A DNA stretch of 64,000 bases, taken from assembly GCA_009103225.1 (NCBI GenBank), contig RHPI01000017.1, forward strand, positions 62,001 through 126,000. The letters run 5' to 3'. This stretch comes from Chlorokybus atmophyticus. Taxonomy: Eukaryota; Plantae; Mesostigma and Chlorokybus algae. The notes below the pieces were generated by a model, which searched no databases, was not told the origin of the DNA, and was given only the letters and a program-made list of their open reading frames with translations. A program made the position numbers and the translations under genes. Positions 62,063 through 64,000 of this stretch are shown one piece after another. How positions within the stretch are numbered: the first letter of the stretch is position 1; every line of letters begins with the position of its first letter.

Positions 62063-64000
62063 GTGTGAACAGGGCCACGCCCACGCTAGCAACTCAACAA
62101 GCGGTTAGTAGAGGAACAAAGGCAGTTTTAACAGTGTGTCTGGGCATAGGAACTCCTCCATTGCCAATAACAACTTTGATTGACACCGGTTCCTCTTTAT
62201 GTACTATGAATGCTGAATTTGCTCGACGTATGCGTTTTCAAATTGGCACAAGTGCACAGCCAGTGCGTATCACATTTGGAGATGGCAAAGCCTCAGCTAC
62301 TACCACCGCATTTGTTGAAGTCCCTGTACATTTCAATCAGTTGCTACAAGACACCGTCACATTTTATGTACTCCCCGGCCAATTATTCAGTGTTACTATC
62401 GGTTTCGATTGGATTATGAAGACTAAGTCCTGGTGTTCTGAAAAGGGACTCTGGCACCCACGTGCGGGACTTATACCTCGTTCGCCGTCAGAAATCAAGT
62501 CAGTACAATGTGCTATGACCGAAAATGAACGTGCTGACATCAAGAAACTAATCGCGAACCTGTCGGACGTCATTGCCGCGACACACCCAACACAAACCAA
62601 TCATGTACAGCACCACATTGTCACCGGCGACAGCCTGCCCATAAAAGTACCACGATATCGCAAATCCCCAAAAGAAAGTGCAATCATTGCCCTGTTCGTA
62701 TCTGACATGCTTGCCAACCATATCATTGAGCCGTCATCCAGTCCCTGGTCAACTGAGCCGATCGTCGTCCCAAAAGCAAATGGTACCGATTTCCGTTTGG
62801 TAGTAGATTACCGCCGTCTCAACGCTGTCACCAAACCGGACAGATATCCGCTGCCGCTGATTGACGATATTCTTGATAAACTCGGCGGCTCCCTTTATTT
62901 TTCAAAACTGGATCTGGCATCCGGCTATTGGCAAATACCCATGGCACCTGAGGACGCGGAAAAAACGGCGTTCCGCACTGATAAGGGTCTTTATCAATTT
63001 AAGGTTATGCCATTTGGTTTATGCAACGCCCCAGCAACATTTCAACGAACCATGGATAGTATTTTTCGTGGTAAAGAGGACTCGGTCTTGGTTTATGTGG
63101 ATGATATTATTATATTCTCGAAATCTTGGGAGCAGCACATCCGAGACGTTGAGGCGGCAGTGGCAAGGTTACGACAGCACAAAATGCAAATTCGTTTATC
63201 AAAATGTGAATTTGGCATGAAGCAGCTGAAGTTTCTTGGCTATATTATATCCCGAGACGGTATTCATGCAGATCCAGCAAAAACATTGGCCGTTGCTGAT
63301 TTCCCACAACCTCATAATACCAAAGCGGTACGTAGGTTTTTAGGAATGTGTGCTTTCTATGTTCGCTTTATTCCCAACATGGCGGACATCAGTGAGCCGT
63401 TGCGCCGTCTACTGCATAAAAACACCCCATTCGAGTGGACTACATCATGCGAGAAAGCCTTTAATGCTCTGAAGTCCGTACTCTGCGCCGCCCCTGTACT
63501 CGCTTATCCGGACTTTACAAAAACATTTGTTGTAAGGACTGATGCTTCAGACGTGGGGATGGGAGCTGTACTGTGCCAAGAATACGACACCGGTATGCGT
63601 CCCATCCAATTTGTTAGCCGCGCACTGACCGGAGCCGAACAAAATTATTCCGCTACGGACAAGGAATTAGCTGCTGTGATCTGGGCATTCAAGAAATTCC
63701 ATTCTTACTTGCACGGTTCTGACGTAATTATTGAAACGGACCACCGACCGCTTCAGGGACTTTTTGCTAAACAAGATCTACGCGGCCGCGCGGCACGATG
63801 GGTAATGGCTATGCAACCATATACTTTTTCCATTCGCCCGCGGCCCGGTTGTGCTAATATGGACGCCGATGCACTTTCCCGCGCCCCACTTTCGGCGGCA
63901 TGTGACATTTCCTGTGCGCTGCTGACGAGAGCCGCGGAGGAAGAAGAACCCGCCCCGATGATTGCAGACCCCTCGCCGGCACCAACTCCCGGTACCACGA
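62041..64000 (+). CDS. pol: Gypsy Pol (protease, RT, RNase H), open to the window edge, -1 frame relative to gag
   Basis: I translated this frame by hand and found no stop: 'LIDTGSS', 'FRLVVDYRRLN', 'DLASGYWQ', 'MPFGL', 'YVDD', 'TDASDVGMGAVL', 'ETDHRPL', 'ADALSR'. It is absent from the ORF track, probably because it runs off the window without a stop. Confidence 0.93.

Larger units (their letters stand above)
60824..64000 (+). mobile_element. Apparently intact young Ty3/gypsy element (5' LTR 60824-61028, tRNA-Ala-like PBS, gag, -1 frameshift pol)
   Basis: LTR TGTAAC...CTTCA; PBS TGGTGGAGACGCGGGG (61030-61045); gag and pol as below. Confidence 0.93.

Overview
Eukaryotic, intron-rich and transposon-dense genomic DNA, probably from a streptophyte (charophyte) alga: it has GT-AG introns and RLK/Pelle-type kinases, and its older repeats show heavy CpG decay. 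Host genes are an F-box/WD40-like gene with a tandem pseudogene copy (3.2-8.2 kb, minus) and a head-to-head inverted pair of C-type-lectin receptor-like kinase genes (about 10-20.7 kb minus, disrupted; 26.5-31.0 kb plus, kinase motifs intact). Mobile DNA includes a truncated chromoviral Ty3/gypsy, a Kangaroo/PAT-type tyrosine-recombinase retroelement with split direct repeats inserted in a kinase exon, a decayed gypsy, an L1/Tx1-like LINE, solo LTRs and a nested stack (Academ-like transposase > copia > second LTR family > intact gypsy). The most interesting feature is a decayed but reconstructable spliced gene (57742-55486, minus) that joins a Tudor chromatin-reader domain to a complete phage/bacterial-type C5 cytosine methyltransferase. 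It starts about 140 bp downstream of an Academ-like (XPG + Cys8) transposase in the same orientation, which suggests a DNA transposon carrying its own chromatin-targeted methyltransferase. All family assignments come from motif recognition by eye; no database searches were run. Several long homopolymer/dinucleotide runs and N gaps are probably assembly-limited.
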